Shown: positions 48,595 to 58,659, counted from the stretch's first letter. The stretch is 61,670 bases of DNA from an uncultured Merdimonas sp. (GCA_944383645.1 CALWQJ010000001.1:1-61670), one strand, 5' to 3'. Notes: a model not told the origin generated them from the sequence alone. Translations and numbers: made by a program.

Positions 48595-49521
48595 CTAGGC
48601 AAAGACAGCCCCCACCAGCAGGCTGTACAGCGGAATGGTAATCATCGATACCAGGGTCGTAAACACTACCACGTTGCTGGCGAAAGTATAATCGCAGTCA
48701 TGCTGGGAGGCCAGAAGAGCCGTGGTATTCGCCACCGGCATGGACACCAGGACCGTGACCACCTCTGCCACCAGGGTTTCCAGGTTCAGAAGCCTGCAGG
48801 CCGCCAGCACCGCCAGGGGCTGGAGCAGGAGGCGCAGAACCGTGATGACAAACAGATCCTTACAGAACATTTTCTTCAGATCCGTCTCCGCCATGATAAA
48901 GCCGATGACCAGCATGGTCATGGGCGTCAGGCACTGGTTAAAGCCGGAAATCGTATTATAGAGGAAATCCGGCAGCCCGACCGGGAAAAACATCCACACC
49001 ACGCCGAGAATCGTAGCCACGACGCAGGGGTGCGTCAGCGCCCTCTCGATGGTTTTCCGAAGGCTTCCCGCCCCCTTCTGAAAGCATTCCAGGCCGACGC
49101 TCCACATAAAGAGCCGGACCGGCAGCAGAAAGACAGAGGCGTAGACGAGCCCCGGCGCTCCGTAAAGCCCTTCGATCACCGGATTTCCCAGGTAGCCGCA
49201 GTTGGAAAACTGAAAGGCGTAGCGCATCACCCCTCTGCGGCTCTCATCCATCCCTCTCCAGAGCACCCTGCTTAAGAGGTACCAGGCCAGCTGAATCAGA
49301 AAAGCCATCGCCACCACCACCAGCATGGAACGGAAGGCCGAAGCGTCCGCTTTGGAAAAGGCGTAGAGGATATTGCTGGGGAGAATCAGGTTCACCACCA
49401 GGTTTGTCATGCTTCTGCGCCCTTCCGTCGTCACAATCTGGATTTTCCGCATTCCCGCGCCGATCAGAATCATCAGAAACATCATGCCCTGCATTGTCAG
49501 CAGGCTTTTCATATCTACCAT
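48595..49521 (-). CDS. AEC family transporter (second paralog)
   Basis: SNCGYLGNPV, HPCVVA, SMPVAN, TLVSMITIP. Confidence 0.9.
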   Translation of the reverse strand: MVDMKSLLTMQGMMFLMILIGAGMRKIQIVTTEGRRSMTNLVVNLILPSNILYAFSKADASAFRSMLVVVAMAFLIQLAWYLLSRVLWRGMDESRRGVMRYAFQFSNCGYLGNPVIEGLYGAPGLVYASVFLLPVRLFMWSVGLECFQKGAGSLRKTIERALTHPCVVATILGVVWMFFPVGLPDFLYNTISGFNQCLTPMTMLVIGFIMAETDLKKMFCKDLFVITVLRLLLQPLAVLAACRLLNLETLVAEVVTVLVSMPVANTTALLASQHDCDYTFASNVVVFTTLVSMITIPLYSLLVGAVFA

Positions 49522-49537
49522 AGCCTTATATCCCTCG

Positions 49538-49597
49538 TTCCTGTGAAATCTATTCCTGTGGAATTCGTTCCTGCGAAATCCGTTCCTGTGGAATCGT
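49538..49597. repeat. 4 x 15-bp tandem repeat spanning the nnr stop codon
   Basis: TTCCTGTGAAATCTA / TTCCTGTGGAATTCG / TTCCTGCGAAATCCG / TTCCTGTGGAATCGT; encodes IPQERISQERIPQE*. Confidence 0.85.
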
Positions 49598-51193
49598 CCG
49601 GTTCCGGCGGCCGGTCTTCCCCTGGAGTCTTAGAATGGCGGCAGGGATCTCCTCTGCCAGATCCCCTGGCAGCATGCCGTATTCCCCCAGCCGGTCCCGA
49701 CACAGGTCCCCCGCCAGGCCATGGAGATAGACCGCCAGGGCGGCCGCCTCTACAGGCTCCATTCCCTGTCCCAGGAAAGAAAGCACCATGCCGGCCAGCA
49801 CGTCGCCGCTTCCGCCCTTAGCCATTCCGTTGTTGCCCGTCGTGTTGATATAAACCCTTCCATCCGGCGACGCCGTGACAGTGGCGGGCCCTTTCAGCGC
49901 CAGGATGCAGCCGTACCTTTCCGCGAAACGAAGCGCCGCCCTCCTGCGGCCCAGGGACAGATCTCCGCCTAGATAGGCGAACTCGCCCTCGTGGGGCGTC
50001 AGAATCGTCACAAGTCCCTTCTCCTGCCTCTGCCGCAGAAGCTCCTTTCTGTCCTTCACCGCGTACAGGCCGTCCGCGTCCAGCACCAGGGGAACCGCCG
50101 TCTGCTCCAGCAGCTTGCAGACCAGAAGAGACAGCTCCTGGCTCCTCCCAAGCCCAGGCCCAATCAGGCCCGCGTCACAGGAATTCAGCCGTTCCAGAAT
50201 CTGAAAGAACGCCCTGGAGGAAATTCTGCCGTTCTGATCCGAAAGAGGAGAAGGCATCACCTCCAGACAGGAAGCCGCCGTAACCGGGTAAATGCTCTCC
50301 GGAACGCCAAGGAAAATCAGGCCGCTTCCGCAGCGGGCCGCTCCCCGTGAGGCCAGCACCGGGGCCCCTGTAAGGCCTATGCTTCCGCCCATAATGAACA
50401 CCCTTCCGAAGGTTCCCTTATGGCCATCTGGACGGCGCCTGGGAAGAAGCCTTCCGGCGCAGGCCCCATCGCAGGCTTCAAAGACCGGAGCCTTTCCCTC
50501 ATCGTCTTTCTCTGCCAGCACCTGCTCCACGACGTCTTCCGGGATCCCGATGTCAGCCGTCTTAAGCTCTCCCGTATAATAGCCTCCCTGTCCCTCGAGA
50601 TGCCCGAATTTCGGAAGGGTAAAGGTCACGGTCACCGCCGCGTGCAGGGCGGCTCCCATCACCTCTCCGGTATCCGAGTGGATTCCGCTGGCGATGTCCA
50701 CAGCCAGCACCGGCTTGTCCAGAGAATCCAGCCAGAGAATCGTCTCCTTCACGCCCGGGCGCACCTCACCCCTCAGGCCGACGCCCAGAAGGGCGTCCAG
50801 GATCAGATCCGCGCAGGCGCACCAGTCCTTTTGCTCCTCCGTCTGCCAGTCCTCCAGCGCAAGCCCGGCCTGCGCAAGGCGCTCCACCATCAGGCGGGTG
50901 TCCGCCGTCATCTTTTCCCGGCTTCCCACCAGAAAGGCCCTCGTCTCCAGCCCTCTTTCCGCCAGAAAGCGTGCGGCGGCTGCGCCGTCGCCTCCGTTGT
51001 TGCCCGGGCCGCAGAAGACTGCGGCCCGGTAATGCCGCCTGCCGCAGGAGCGGTTCTCCCTTTCCAGAAACCGGACCGTTTCCTCCGCCACGTGGCGCGC
51101 CGCCCTTTCCATCAGAACCGGGGAGGGAATCCCTCTCTCCTCGATGGCCCGTCTGTCCATCTCCTTCATCTGCGCTGCTGTAGACAGTCTCAC
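49550..51193 (-). CDS. nnr: Bifunctional NAD(P)H-hydrate epimerase/dehydratase
   Basis: GPGNNGGDG, DALLGVG, HKGTFG, GPGLG, TPHEGE, GGSGDVLAG; probable GTG start at 51193. Confidence 0.94.
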   Translation of the reverse strand: MRLSTAAQMKEMDRRAIEERGIPSPVLMERAARHVAEETVRFLERENRSCGRRHYRAAVFCGPGNNGGDGAAAARFLAERGLETRAFLVGSREKMTADTRLMVERLAQAGLALEDWQTEEQKDWCACADLILDALLGVGLRGEVRPGVKETILWLDSLDKPVLAVDIASGIHSDTGEVMGAALHAAVTVTFTLPKFGHLEGQGGYYTGELKTADIGIPEDVVEQVLAEKDDEGKAPVFEACDGACAGRLLPRRRPDGHKGTFGRVFIMGGSIGLTGAPVLASRGAARCGSGLIFLGVPESIYPVTAASCLEVMPSPLSDQNGRISSRAFFQILERLNSCDAGLIGPGLGRSQELSLLVCKLLEQTAVPLVLDADGLYAVKDRKELLRQRQEKGLVTILTPHEGEFAYLGGDLSLGRRRAALRFAERYGCILALKGPATVTASPDGRVYINTTGNNGMAKGGSGDVLAGMVLSFLGQGMEPVEAAALAVYLHGLAGDLCRDRLGEYGMLPGDLAEEIPAAILRLQGKTGRRNRTIPQERISQERIPQE

Positions 51194-51376
51194 GCCGCTG
51201 CCTCCTCTCTTTTTTCTGCCCCGTATAGCGTCGGTCCCCATATAGCGTCAGTGTGCCAAGGGTGTAATGCCAAAAGAGACTGCGCACGGAAAGCAGAGGC
51301 CTTTTCCTCTTCTTTCCATGGCAGTCCGCGGGCAGGGATGTACAAAATTCCTTTTTCCCTTGTTTTCTTATCTCCG

Positions 51377-54300
51377 TCAGATCTTCGCTATATCAATCAG
51401 CGTCAGATCTTTCGCGTCCGTGTTCTCCAGGCTGGTCACCAGGGCCTTTGCCGTATCGATGGCTGTCAGCACATTGACGCCGGTCTCGATGGCGTTGCGC
51501 CGGATGATAAAGCCGTCATGGCTGTGCTCCACACCCTGGGAGGGCGTGTCGATGACCAGATCGATCTGATGTCCCAGGATCAGATCCAGGATGTTCGGAG
51601 ACTCCTGCTCCAGCTTTCTGGTCAGGCGCACGGACACATCCGCCTCCAGAAGAGCCCTCGCCGTCCCCTTGGTGGCATAGATGCGGTAGCCCAGGGCTTC
51701 AAAGCGCTTCGCGATTTCCACTGCCTCCGCCTTATCCTCATCCCGGACTGTGATAATCATGTTTTTGTATTTCGGCAGCCGGATCCCCGCTCCCAGAAAG
51801 GCCTTGTAAAGAGCCTCATTGAAGGTCTTCGCGATGCCAAGGCACTCGCCGGTGGACTTCATCTCCGGCCCCAGGCTGATATCCGCGCCCCGGATCTTCT
51901 CAAAGGAGAAGACCGGCATCTTAATGGCGTAATAATCCGCCTCCGGCTGCAGTCCCGGCTCATAGCCAAGCTCCCGGATCTTATGGCCCAGAATCACCCG
52001 GGTGGCCAGCGGCACGATGGGAATGCCCGTCACCTTGCTGATATAAGGCACGGTACGGCTGGATCGGGGATTTACCTCGATGACATATACCTCGTCGCCC
52101 ACCGCGATAAACTGAATATTGATAAGACCGATGACATGGAGGGAACGGGCCAGCCGCCTCGTATACTCCTCGATCGTCTTTTTTACCTTCGCGCTGATGC
52201 TTCTGGCCGGATACACGGAGATGCTGTCGCCGGAATGGATGCCGGCCCGCTCGATATGCTCCATGATTCCCGGAATCAGGATGTCCTCGCCGTCGCAGAC
52301 CGCGTCCACCTCGATCTCCTTGCCCTGGAGATACTTGTCTACCAGAATCGGATGCTCCTGGGTGTAACGGTTGATGATGCCGATGAACTCCTCCACATCC
52401 TTGTCGTTAATGGCGATCTGCATGCCCTGGCCGCCCAGCACGTAGGAGGGGCGCACCAGCACCGGATAGCCAAGCTCACCTGCGGCCTTCTTGGCCTCCT
52501 CCGCCGTAAATACCGTGTGTCCCTTGGGTCTGGGGATGCCGCACTGCTCCAGGATCTCATCGAAAAGCTCCCGGTCCTCGGCCGCGTCCACGTTTTCCGC
52601 CGAGGTACCCAGGATGGGCACGCCCATCTTCATCAGGGCTTCCGTCAGCTTGATGGCCGTCTGGCCGCCAAACTGCACCACGGCTCCGTCCGGCTTCTCA
52701 AGCCGCACCACGTTTTCCACATCCTCCGGGGTCAGCGGTTCGAAATACAGCTTATCCGCGATATCGAAGTCCGTGCTGACCGTCTCCGGGTTGTTGTTGA
52801 TGATAATGGTCTCGTAGCCTTCTTTGGAAAAGGCCCAGGTACAGTGTACCGAGCAGAAGTCGAACTCGATGCCCTGGCCGATGCGGATGGGACCGCTGCC
52901 CAGCACCAGCACCTTCTTCCGATCGCCGGAGCTCTCCGCCTCGTTCTCACTTCCGAATACCGAATAATAGTAGGGCGTGCTGGCCGCGAACTCCGCCGCG
53001 CAGGTATCCACCATCTTATAGGAGGCGGTGATGCCGTTTTCATAGCGCAGCTCCCGGATCTCCTCCTCCGTCCTTCCGGTCAGGCGGGCAATCACGCTGT
53101 CCGGAAACTCGATGCGCTTCGCCTCTTTTAAGAGTTCTGCCGTCAGCTCCTGGTTTTTCAGGGCCTCTTCCATCTCGGTCAGGATCGCGATCTTGTCGAT
53201 GAACCACAGATCAATCTTCGTGATGGCGTGGATCTCCTCATAGGAGATGCCCCGGCGGACGGCTTCCGCGATGACCCAGATCCGGCGGTCGTCCACCACC
53301 TCAAGCTGCCGCAGAAGCTCCTCTCTGGAAAGAGCCGTGAAATCATAGGACAGCAGGCTGTCCACATGCTGCTCCAGGGAGCGGATGGCCTTCATCAGGG
53401 CGCCCTCGAAATTGTCGCAGATGGCCATGACCTCGCCGGTGGCCTTCATCTGGGTGGTCAGGGTCCGCTTGGCGCTGATGAATTTATCGAAGGGCAGGCG
53501 GGGCAGCTTCACCACGCAGTAATCCAGCATGGGCTCGAAGCTTGCCATGGTCTGTCCGGTAATGGCGTTCGGAATCTCATCCAGGGTATAGCCCAGAGCA
53601 ATCTTCGCCGCCACCTTGGCAATGGGATAGCCCGTCGCCTTGGAGGCCAGGGCGGAAGACCGGCTCACACGGGGGTTGACCTCGATGACGCAGTACTCAA
53701 AGCTCTCCGGATGGAGGGCGTACTGCACGTTGCAGCCTCCGGTGATGCCAAGCTCTGTGATGATGTTCAGGGCGGAGGTACGCAGCATCTGGTACTCCTT
53801 GTCCCCCAGGGTCTGAGAGGGAGCCACCACGATGCTGTCTCCGGTATGCACGCCCACCGGGTCGATATTTTCCATATTACATACGGTGATGCAGTTGCCG
53901 GCGCTGTCGCGCATCACCTCGTACTCGATTTCCTTCCAGCCGGCGATGCAGCGCTCCACCAGCACCTGGCCCACGCGGGAAAGCCGAAGGCCGTTGGCCA
54001 AAATTTCTTCCAGCTCCTCCTGGTTATGGGCGATGCCGCCGCCGCTTCCGCCCAGGGTGTAGGCAGGGCGCAGCACCACCGGGTAGCCGATCTGATTCGC
54101 GAAGGCAATTCCATCCTCCACGCTCTCCACCACCAGGGAGGCAGCCACCGGCTCGCCGATCTTTTCCATGGTGCTCTTAAATTCCAGACGGTCCTCCGCC
54201 TTCTTAATCGTCTCGGAGGTGGTTCCGATGAGGCGCACATTATGCTCCCTTAAGAAGCCGCACTCCTCCAGCTCCATAGCAAGGTTCAGTCCCGCCTGGC

Positions 54301-54574
54301 CGCCCAGGGTGGGCAGCACGCTGTCAGGCTGTTCTTTTAAGATCAGCTGCTCCACCACCTCTGCGGTCAGCGGCTCGATATATACATGATCAGCGATATC
54401 CTTATCCGTCATGATCGTGGCCGGGTTGGAGTTGAGAAGAACGACCTCGACGCCCTCCTCCTTTAAGGAACGGCAGGCCTGGGTGCCTGCGTAGTCAAAC
54501 TCCGCCGCCTGGCCGATGACGATGGGGCCGGAGCCGATGACGAGAACTTTTTTAATCGAAGGATTCTTAGGCAT
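51377..54574 (-). CDS. carB: Carbamoyl-phosphate synthase large subunit
   Basis: GSGPIVIGQAAEFDY, EVNPRVSRSS, GSGPIRIGQGIEFD, MGS domain. Confidence 0.98.
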   Translation of the reverse strand: MPKNPSIKKVLVIGSGPIVIGQAAEFDYAGTQACRSLKEEGVEVVLLNSNPATIMTDKDIADHVYIEPLTAEVVEQLILKEQPDSVLPTLGGQAGLNLAMELEECGFLREHNVRLIGTTSETIKKAEDRLEFKSTMEKIGEPVAASLVVESVEDGIAFANQIGYPVVLRPAYTLGGSGGGIAHNQEELEEILANGLRLSRVGQVLVERCIAGWKEIEYEVMRDSAGNCITVCNMENIDPVGVHTGDSIVVAPSQTLGDKEYQMLRTSALNIITELGITGGCNVQYALHPESFEYCVIEVNPRVSRSSALASKATGYPIAKVAAKIALGYTLDEIPNAITGQTMASFEPMLDYCVVKLPRLPFDKFISAKRTLTTQMKATGEVMAICDNFEGALMKAIRSLEQHVDSLLSYDFTALSREELLRQLEVVDDRRIWVIAEAVRRGISYEEIHAITKIDLWFIDKIAILTEMEEALKNQELTAELLKEAKRIEFPDSVIARLTGRTEEEIRELRYENGITASYKMVDTCAAEFAASTPYYYSVFGSENEAESSGDRKKVLVLGSGPIRIGQGIEFDFCSVHCTWAFSKEGYETIIINNNPETVSTDFDIADKLYFEPLTPEDVENVVRLEKPDGAVVQFGGQTAIKLTEALMKMGVPILGTSAENVDAAEDRELFDEILEQCGIPRPKGHTVFTAEEAKKAAGELGYPVLVRPSYVLGGQGMQIAINDKDVEEFIGIINRYTQEHPILVDKYLQGKEIEVDAVCDGEDILIPGIMEHIERAGIHSGDSISVYPARSISAKVKKTIEEYTRRLARSLHVIGLINIQFIAVGDEVYVIEVNPRSSRTVPYISKVTGIPIVPLATRVILGHKIRELGYEPGLQPEADYYAIKMPVFSFEKIRGADISLGPEMKSTGECLGIAKTFNEALYKAFLGAGIRLPKYKNMIITVRDEDKAEAVEIAKRFEALGYRIYATKGTARALLEADVSVRLTRKLEQESPNILDLILGHQIDLVIDTPSQGVEHSHDGFIIRRNAIETGVNVLTAIDTAKALVTSLENTDAKDLTLIDIAKI

Positions 54575-55646
54575 TCTTCTTCACCTCCATGCTCTTGATA
54601 AAACGGTCAAACAGATAGCTGGAATCCTGGGGGCCCGGGCAGGCCTCCGGATGGAACTGTACGGTAAAGATGTTCTTGCCCGTATAGCGCAGTCCCTCGT
54701 TGGTATGGTCGTTCACATTTTCAAAGGCCGGCACAGCCACAGCCGGGTCGAGGCTCTTCGCATCCACTGCGTAGCCGTGGTTCTGGGAGGAAATGTAGAC
54801 CTTTCCCGTCTCCAGATCCCGCACCGGATGGTTGCCGCCCCGGTGGCCATATTTCAGCTTGTAGGTATCCGCCCCGGTGGCCAGAGCCATGAGCTGGTGG
54901 CCCAGGCAGATGGCAAAGATCGGGATATCCGTCTCGTAAAGCTTTCGGATCTCATCGATAACCGGGCCGCAGTCCTTGGGGTCCCCAGGGCCGTTGGAAA
55001 GCATGATTCCGTCGGGACGGGCCGCGATGATCTCCTCCGCCTTCGTATGGGCCGGATAAATGGTCACCTCGCAGCCTCTCTCATGAAGCGAACGGGCGAT
55101 GTTTTTCTTCGCGCCCAGATCGAGAAGGGCCACCTTCAGGCCGTCGTTTTCCAGCGCCTTTTTCTCCTTACAGGTCACCCTCTCCACCACCTTGCCCGTG
55201 GCGTAGGCCTTGATCCTTGGAAGCACCTCGTCCAGGGAAGCGTACTCCTTCGTAGTAATCATACCGTTCATGGTGCCGCTTTCCCGCAAAATCTTCGTCA
55301 GCGCGCGGGTGTCGATGCCGGCGATCCCCGGAATCTCATATTTCTCCAGGAAATGCTGAATCGTATCCTGGCTGCGGAAATTGCTGGGGATTCTGGAAAG
55401 CTCCCGCACGATATAGCCGTCCGGCCAGGGCCGCTCCGATTCCATGTCCTCATAACAGACGCCGTAATTGCCAATCAGCGGATAAGTCATGACCACGGCC
55501 TGTCCCGCATAGGACGGATCGGTCAGCACCTCCAGATATCCTGTCATAGAGGTATTAAATACAATCTCGCTTATCACCTCGCGCTGCGCCCCTATGCTGG
55601 TGCCCGTAAACACATGTCCGTCTTCCAGTATCAGAAAAGCTTTCAT
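54567..55646 (-). CDS. carA: Carbamoyl-phosphate synthase small subunit
   Basis: FNTSMTGY, SNGPGDP, ICLGHQ, QFHPE. Confidence 0.98.
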   Translation of the reverse strand: MKAFLILEDGHVFTGTSIGAQREVISEIVFNTSMTGYLEVLTDPSYAGQAVVMTYPLIGNYGVCYEDMESERPWPDGYIVRELSRIPSNFRSQDTIQHFLEKYEIPGIAGIDTRALTKILRESGTMNGMITTKEYASLDEVLPRIKAYATGKVVERVTCKEKKALENDGLKVALLDLGAKKNIARSLHERGCEVTIYPAHTKAEEIIAARPDGIMLSNGPGDPKDCGPVIDEIRKLYETDIPIFAICLGHQLMALATGADTYKLKYGHRGGNHPVRDLETGKVYISSQNHGYAVDAKSLDPAVAVPAFENVNDHTNEGLRYTGKNIFTVQFHPEACPGPQDSSYLFDRFIKSMEVKKNA

Positions 55647-55720
55647 AGTCCACCCGTTCCTTTCTTTCTTCCCGCGCGCTTAAATTTCAATTACCAGTTC
55701 ACACTGCAACTTATTTTTTC

Positions 55721-55814
55721 AAAAAAAAAAGACAGTTCCTGCCTCTTTGCACACGCGTTGTCCTTTATGCCCCTAAATCTGATTCATTATACTATAAGAT
55801 TAGGGGCACTTCAA
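55721..55814 (-). promoter_or_regulatory. carAB promoter with a palindrome and a leader terminator (candidate attenuator)
   Basis: TTGAAG-N17-TATAAT; TGCCCCTAATCT...AGATTTAGGGGCA straddles the -10; leader stem AAAGGACA...TGTCTTTT followed by T10. Confidence 0.55.
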
Positions 55815-55898
55815 GGACTTTTTTCATTTTTTCAAACCTGCCAAAAACAGCAGTGGGGATGTCTCCTCCCTGCGGTTGGAAACATCCCCTGTCTGTTC

Positions 55899-56825
55899 CT
55901 ATTCTATGGTAAGTCCGGCCTTCTCCAAGATCTTCGGCACGTTCTTCTCCGCGCCGATGGCCATGATATGTACGCCGTCGCAGATTCCCTCGTCCTTGAT
56001 CTTCGCGATCATCTCCGCCGCCATCTCGATGCCAAGCTGGGTGGGAAGTCCTTTGACGCCCTTGGCCTTGCCCTCGGCTGCCGCAGCTGCCAGGCGGTCA
56101 ATCATATCCTGCGGCACCGCGATGCCCGGCACATTCTCATTCATGTATTTCGCCATGCCGGCGGCCTTCAGCGGGATGATTCCGGCCATGATATGCGTAT
56201 GGATATTTGCCTTGTCCACTTCATCCATGAACCGCTTCAGGCTCTCCATATCGAAGATGCCCTGGGTCTGGATATACTGCGCGCCTGCCTCCACCTTCTG
56301 GCGCAGCTTATTGATCTGCAGCGGAAGGGGATCGTAGACGGGCGTTACGACTGCTCCTTTATAGAAAGAGGGAGCGCCTCCCTCGATGGGATTGCCGCCG
56401 CAGTCCTTGTCTGTGGCTTCCATTGCCGTCAGCATATGCAGGATTCCCACGGAATCCAGATCATAGACCGGCTTGGACTGCTTGCAGTCTCCTACGGTCG
56501 GATGATCTCCGGTCAGCGCCAGCATCGTATCGATGCCAAAGGCTGCCGCAGAAAGCATGTCGCCCAGAATTCCCATACGGCTCCTGTCACGGCCCGTCAC
56601 CTGGATAATCGGGTCCAGCCCTGCCTGCTTCAGCTTAATGCACAGCCCCAGGGAAGAGGCCTTCAGGCACGCGGACTGCATATCTGTCACATTGACGCCG
56701 TGCACCTTTCCCTTCAGAAGCTCGGCCGCCTCCATCTGCTCGGTAAAATCATATCCCTTGGGAGGGGCCATCTCAACGGTTACACCAAATTTTCCGCCTT
56801 CCAGCGCTTTTTCCAACATGCCCAT
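55899..56825 (-). CDS. metF: Methylenetetrahydrofolate reductase MetF
   Basis: EMAPPKG, NVTD, TGRDR, LALTGD, KVEAGAQYIQTQ, GVHIM. Confidence 0.93.
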   Translation of the reverse strand: MGMLEKALEGGKFGVTVEMAPPKGYDFTEQMEAAELLKGKVHGVNVTDMQSACLKASSLGLCIKLKQAGLDPIIQVTGRDRSRMGILGDMLSAAAFGIDTMLALTGDHPTVGDCKQSKPVYDLDSVGILHMLTAMEATDKDCGGNPIEGGAPSFYKGAVVTPVYDPLPLQINKLRQKVEAGAQYIQTQGIFDMESLKRFMDEVDKANIHTHIMAGIIPLKAAGMAKYMNENVPGIAVPQDMIDRLAAAAAEGKAKGVKGLPTQLGIEMAAEMIAKIKDEGICDGVHIMAIGAEKNVPKILEKAGLTIE

Positions 56826-57472
56826 TACTTGTTCCCCCTGATATTAATTGTTCTGGGATATGCCACCTTCTCATATCCTTTGTCCGCTCTTCTCTTCGCC
56901 AGCTTGTCCAGCTGTCCCAGAGCCTCCAGACGCCTGTAAATCATAATCCACGCACAGTCGTTCTCCGGATTGACCTCGCACTTCCCATTCTTCTGGCCGC
57001 CGCAGGGACCGTTCACCAGAGACTTGGCGCAGCGGGAGATGGGGCAGATGCCGCCGGTGCTTCCCAGCATACAGTCGCCGCACAGATGACAGGCCTCCTC
57101 AAAAAGTCCAAAACGCACCGCCTCGCCCAGGAACATGGTATTGTTAGACGGGTATACCGGGACCTGGCTGTGGTTCGCTGCCACCTGGACGCCGTCTCCA
57201 CAGGACATACAGACAACCGCGTCGGGGCCCGCCGCCGTCAGCTTCTTCATCGCCGTCTTGACTCCCATATTCATGCAGCAGTAATCTGCCATCCCGGTAG
57301 CTACCACGGTCTTGCCCTGGGATTCCAGATACGCCTTCAGCTCCGCAACCTCCTTCTCGCCGCCGGTAGCACAGGCCGTAGCACAGCTGCCGCAGCCCAG
57401 GATCGCGATCTTCTGCGCGTCGCCGATCATTGCCATCAGTTCTTCGATGGGCTTTTTCTGTGTGATAATCAT
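56825..57472 (-). CDS. metV: MTHFR small Fe-S/Zn subunit MetV
   Basis: GCGSCATAC, CHLCGDC, CPISRCAKSLVNGPCGG, CEV...CAW; overlaps the metF start. Confidence 0.92.
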   Translation of the reverse strand: MIITQKKPIEELMAMIGDAQKIAILGCGSCATACATGGEKEVAELKAYLESQGKTVVATGMADYCCMNMGVKTAMKKLTAAGPDAVVCMSCGDGVQVAANHSQVPVYPSNNTMFLGEAVRFGLFEEACHLCGDCMLGSTGGICPISRCAKSLVNGPCGGQKNGKCEVNPENDCAWIMIYRRLEALGQLDKLAKRRADKGYEKVAYPRTINIRGNK

Positions 57473-57672
57473 GATTTCCTCTCCTTTTTCTCGTTAACGC
57501 CAGCGCGGCAGGCTTAAAGCCTTCCTGGCACCGGCGCTGCCTTTCAGCTCACAACGCTATCTTTATTTTAATATATTTTCACAGAAAATCAACCCGTAAT
57601 TTTCTTTTTTTAACACTTTCTATCATTATTATAACATTTTTATAAATACTTTTAACATTATATAACACTTCA

Positions 57673-58467
57673 TTACGCTTCTGCTTTCCAAATCCGATCC
57701 GAGATCTCCCCAAAGTCGATCTCCAGACTGCCGCCGTAAATCTGTACCGGGATCCGATCCCGGAATGTATAAACGGAAATATAGGGCGCCAGCTCTCCTT
57801 CAAACCAGTAAGTAATGACAGCGCGCCTCTGGGCGTCCACAATCCAGTACTCCCGCACTCCCGCGTTCATATACTTCTGCACCTTGATTCCATAGTCTTT
57901 CTTCCTTGTGGATTCGGAAATAATCTCGATACAGAAATCCGGAGCTCCAAAAACCCCCTTCTCCGTAATTCTTTCTTCTTTGCAGATCAAAGTGATATCC
58001 GGCTGGACCATCGTATATCCATCCCCGTCAAGCTGCACATCCAGAGGAGACGGCAGGACGCGGCAGGGACCTCCGTGCTTCCGTATGAACAGCTTGAGCT
58101 CGAACAGAAGCTCCGTGAGAAGCTCCTGGTGGGTGAAGCCTGGCGCGTCCATGAAAACCAGCTGGCCATCGATCAGCTCTGCCCGCACATCCTCCGGCAG
58201 CTTCCGGTAATCCTCCACCGTATACTGTCCCTGCCTCTTGACGAAATAAGGCGCCGCTTCCCGCACCGCTCCCATTCTGGAAAAATCCTTCTCTTCCCCG
58301 CCATACAGGGCTTTCTCCAGCGCCTGCATCGTATCATAACGCGGAGAACGCGTCTCTCCGCTCAGGATCTTGTTAATCGTACCGGCCGGAACACCGGAAA
58401 GCTGAGAAAGCTGCTCCGTCGTAAGGCCCAATTCCTTTTTTCTTCTGTTCAGCTCCTCGTACAGCAT
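57673..58467 (-). CDS. XRE-type HTH + Uma2 (PD-(D/E)XK) endonuclease-like protein
   Basis: N-terminal HTH (LTTEQLSQLSGVP...INKI); ELIDG, VQPD, PDFCIEIIS, GVREYWIVD. Confidence 0.9.
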   Translation of the reverse strand: MLYEELNRRKKELGLTTEQLSQLSGVPAGTINKILSGETRSPRYDTMQALEKALYGGEEKDFSRMGAVREAAPYFVKRQGQYTVEDYRKLPEDVRAELIDGQLVFMDAPGFTHQELLTELLFELKLFIRKHGGPCRVLPSPLDVQLDGDGYTMVQPDITLICKEERITEKGVFGAPDFCIEIISESTRKKDYGIKVQKYMNAGVREYWIVDAQRRAVITYWFEGELAPYISVYTFRDRIPVQIYGGSLEIDFGEISDRIWKAEA

Positions 58468-58511
58468 AAGCTTCCCTCCGTTCGAAAAATCCTGTCATTG
58501 TCTCTGCCTGT

Positions 58512-58603
58512 ATTATATATCCAAAAATGGGGAAAGTCAATACATTTTCACCCGAAAACGGTTAGCATTTATGATGTGCCAGGTTCCGATTACCCGAAAA
58601 CGG
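58512..58603 (-). promoter_or_regulatory. Promoter with three CCRAAAAYGG boxes
   Basis: TTGACT-N17-TATAAT (58540..58512); ACCCGAAAACGG at 58550 and 58592; ATCCAAAAATGG at 58519 within the spacer. Confidence 0.55.
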
Positions 58604-58659
58604 AAAAGCAGCCGCATACACAGCTGACTGCTGCATACATGGCCGCTTTTTCTTTTTTC

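Noticed and set aside
49538-49597. Possible CRISPR array
   Set aside because: Contiguous 15-bp units with no spacers and no cas genes nearby.
50420-56939. Long plus-strand ORFs (903 aa at 50420..53131, 807 aa at 54516..56939)
   Set aside because: Antisense shadows of nnr/carB/carA/metF caused by GC-rich codon bias; no recognisable motifs.
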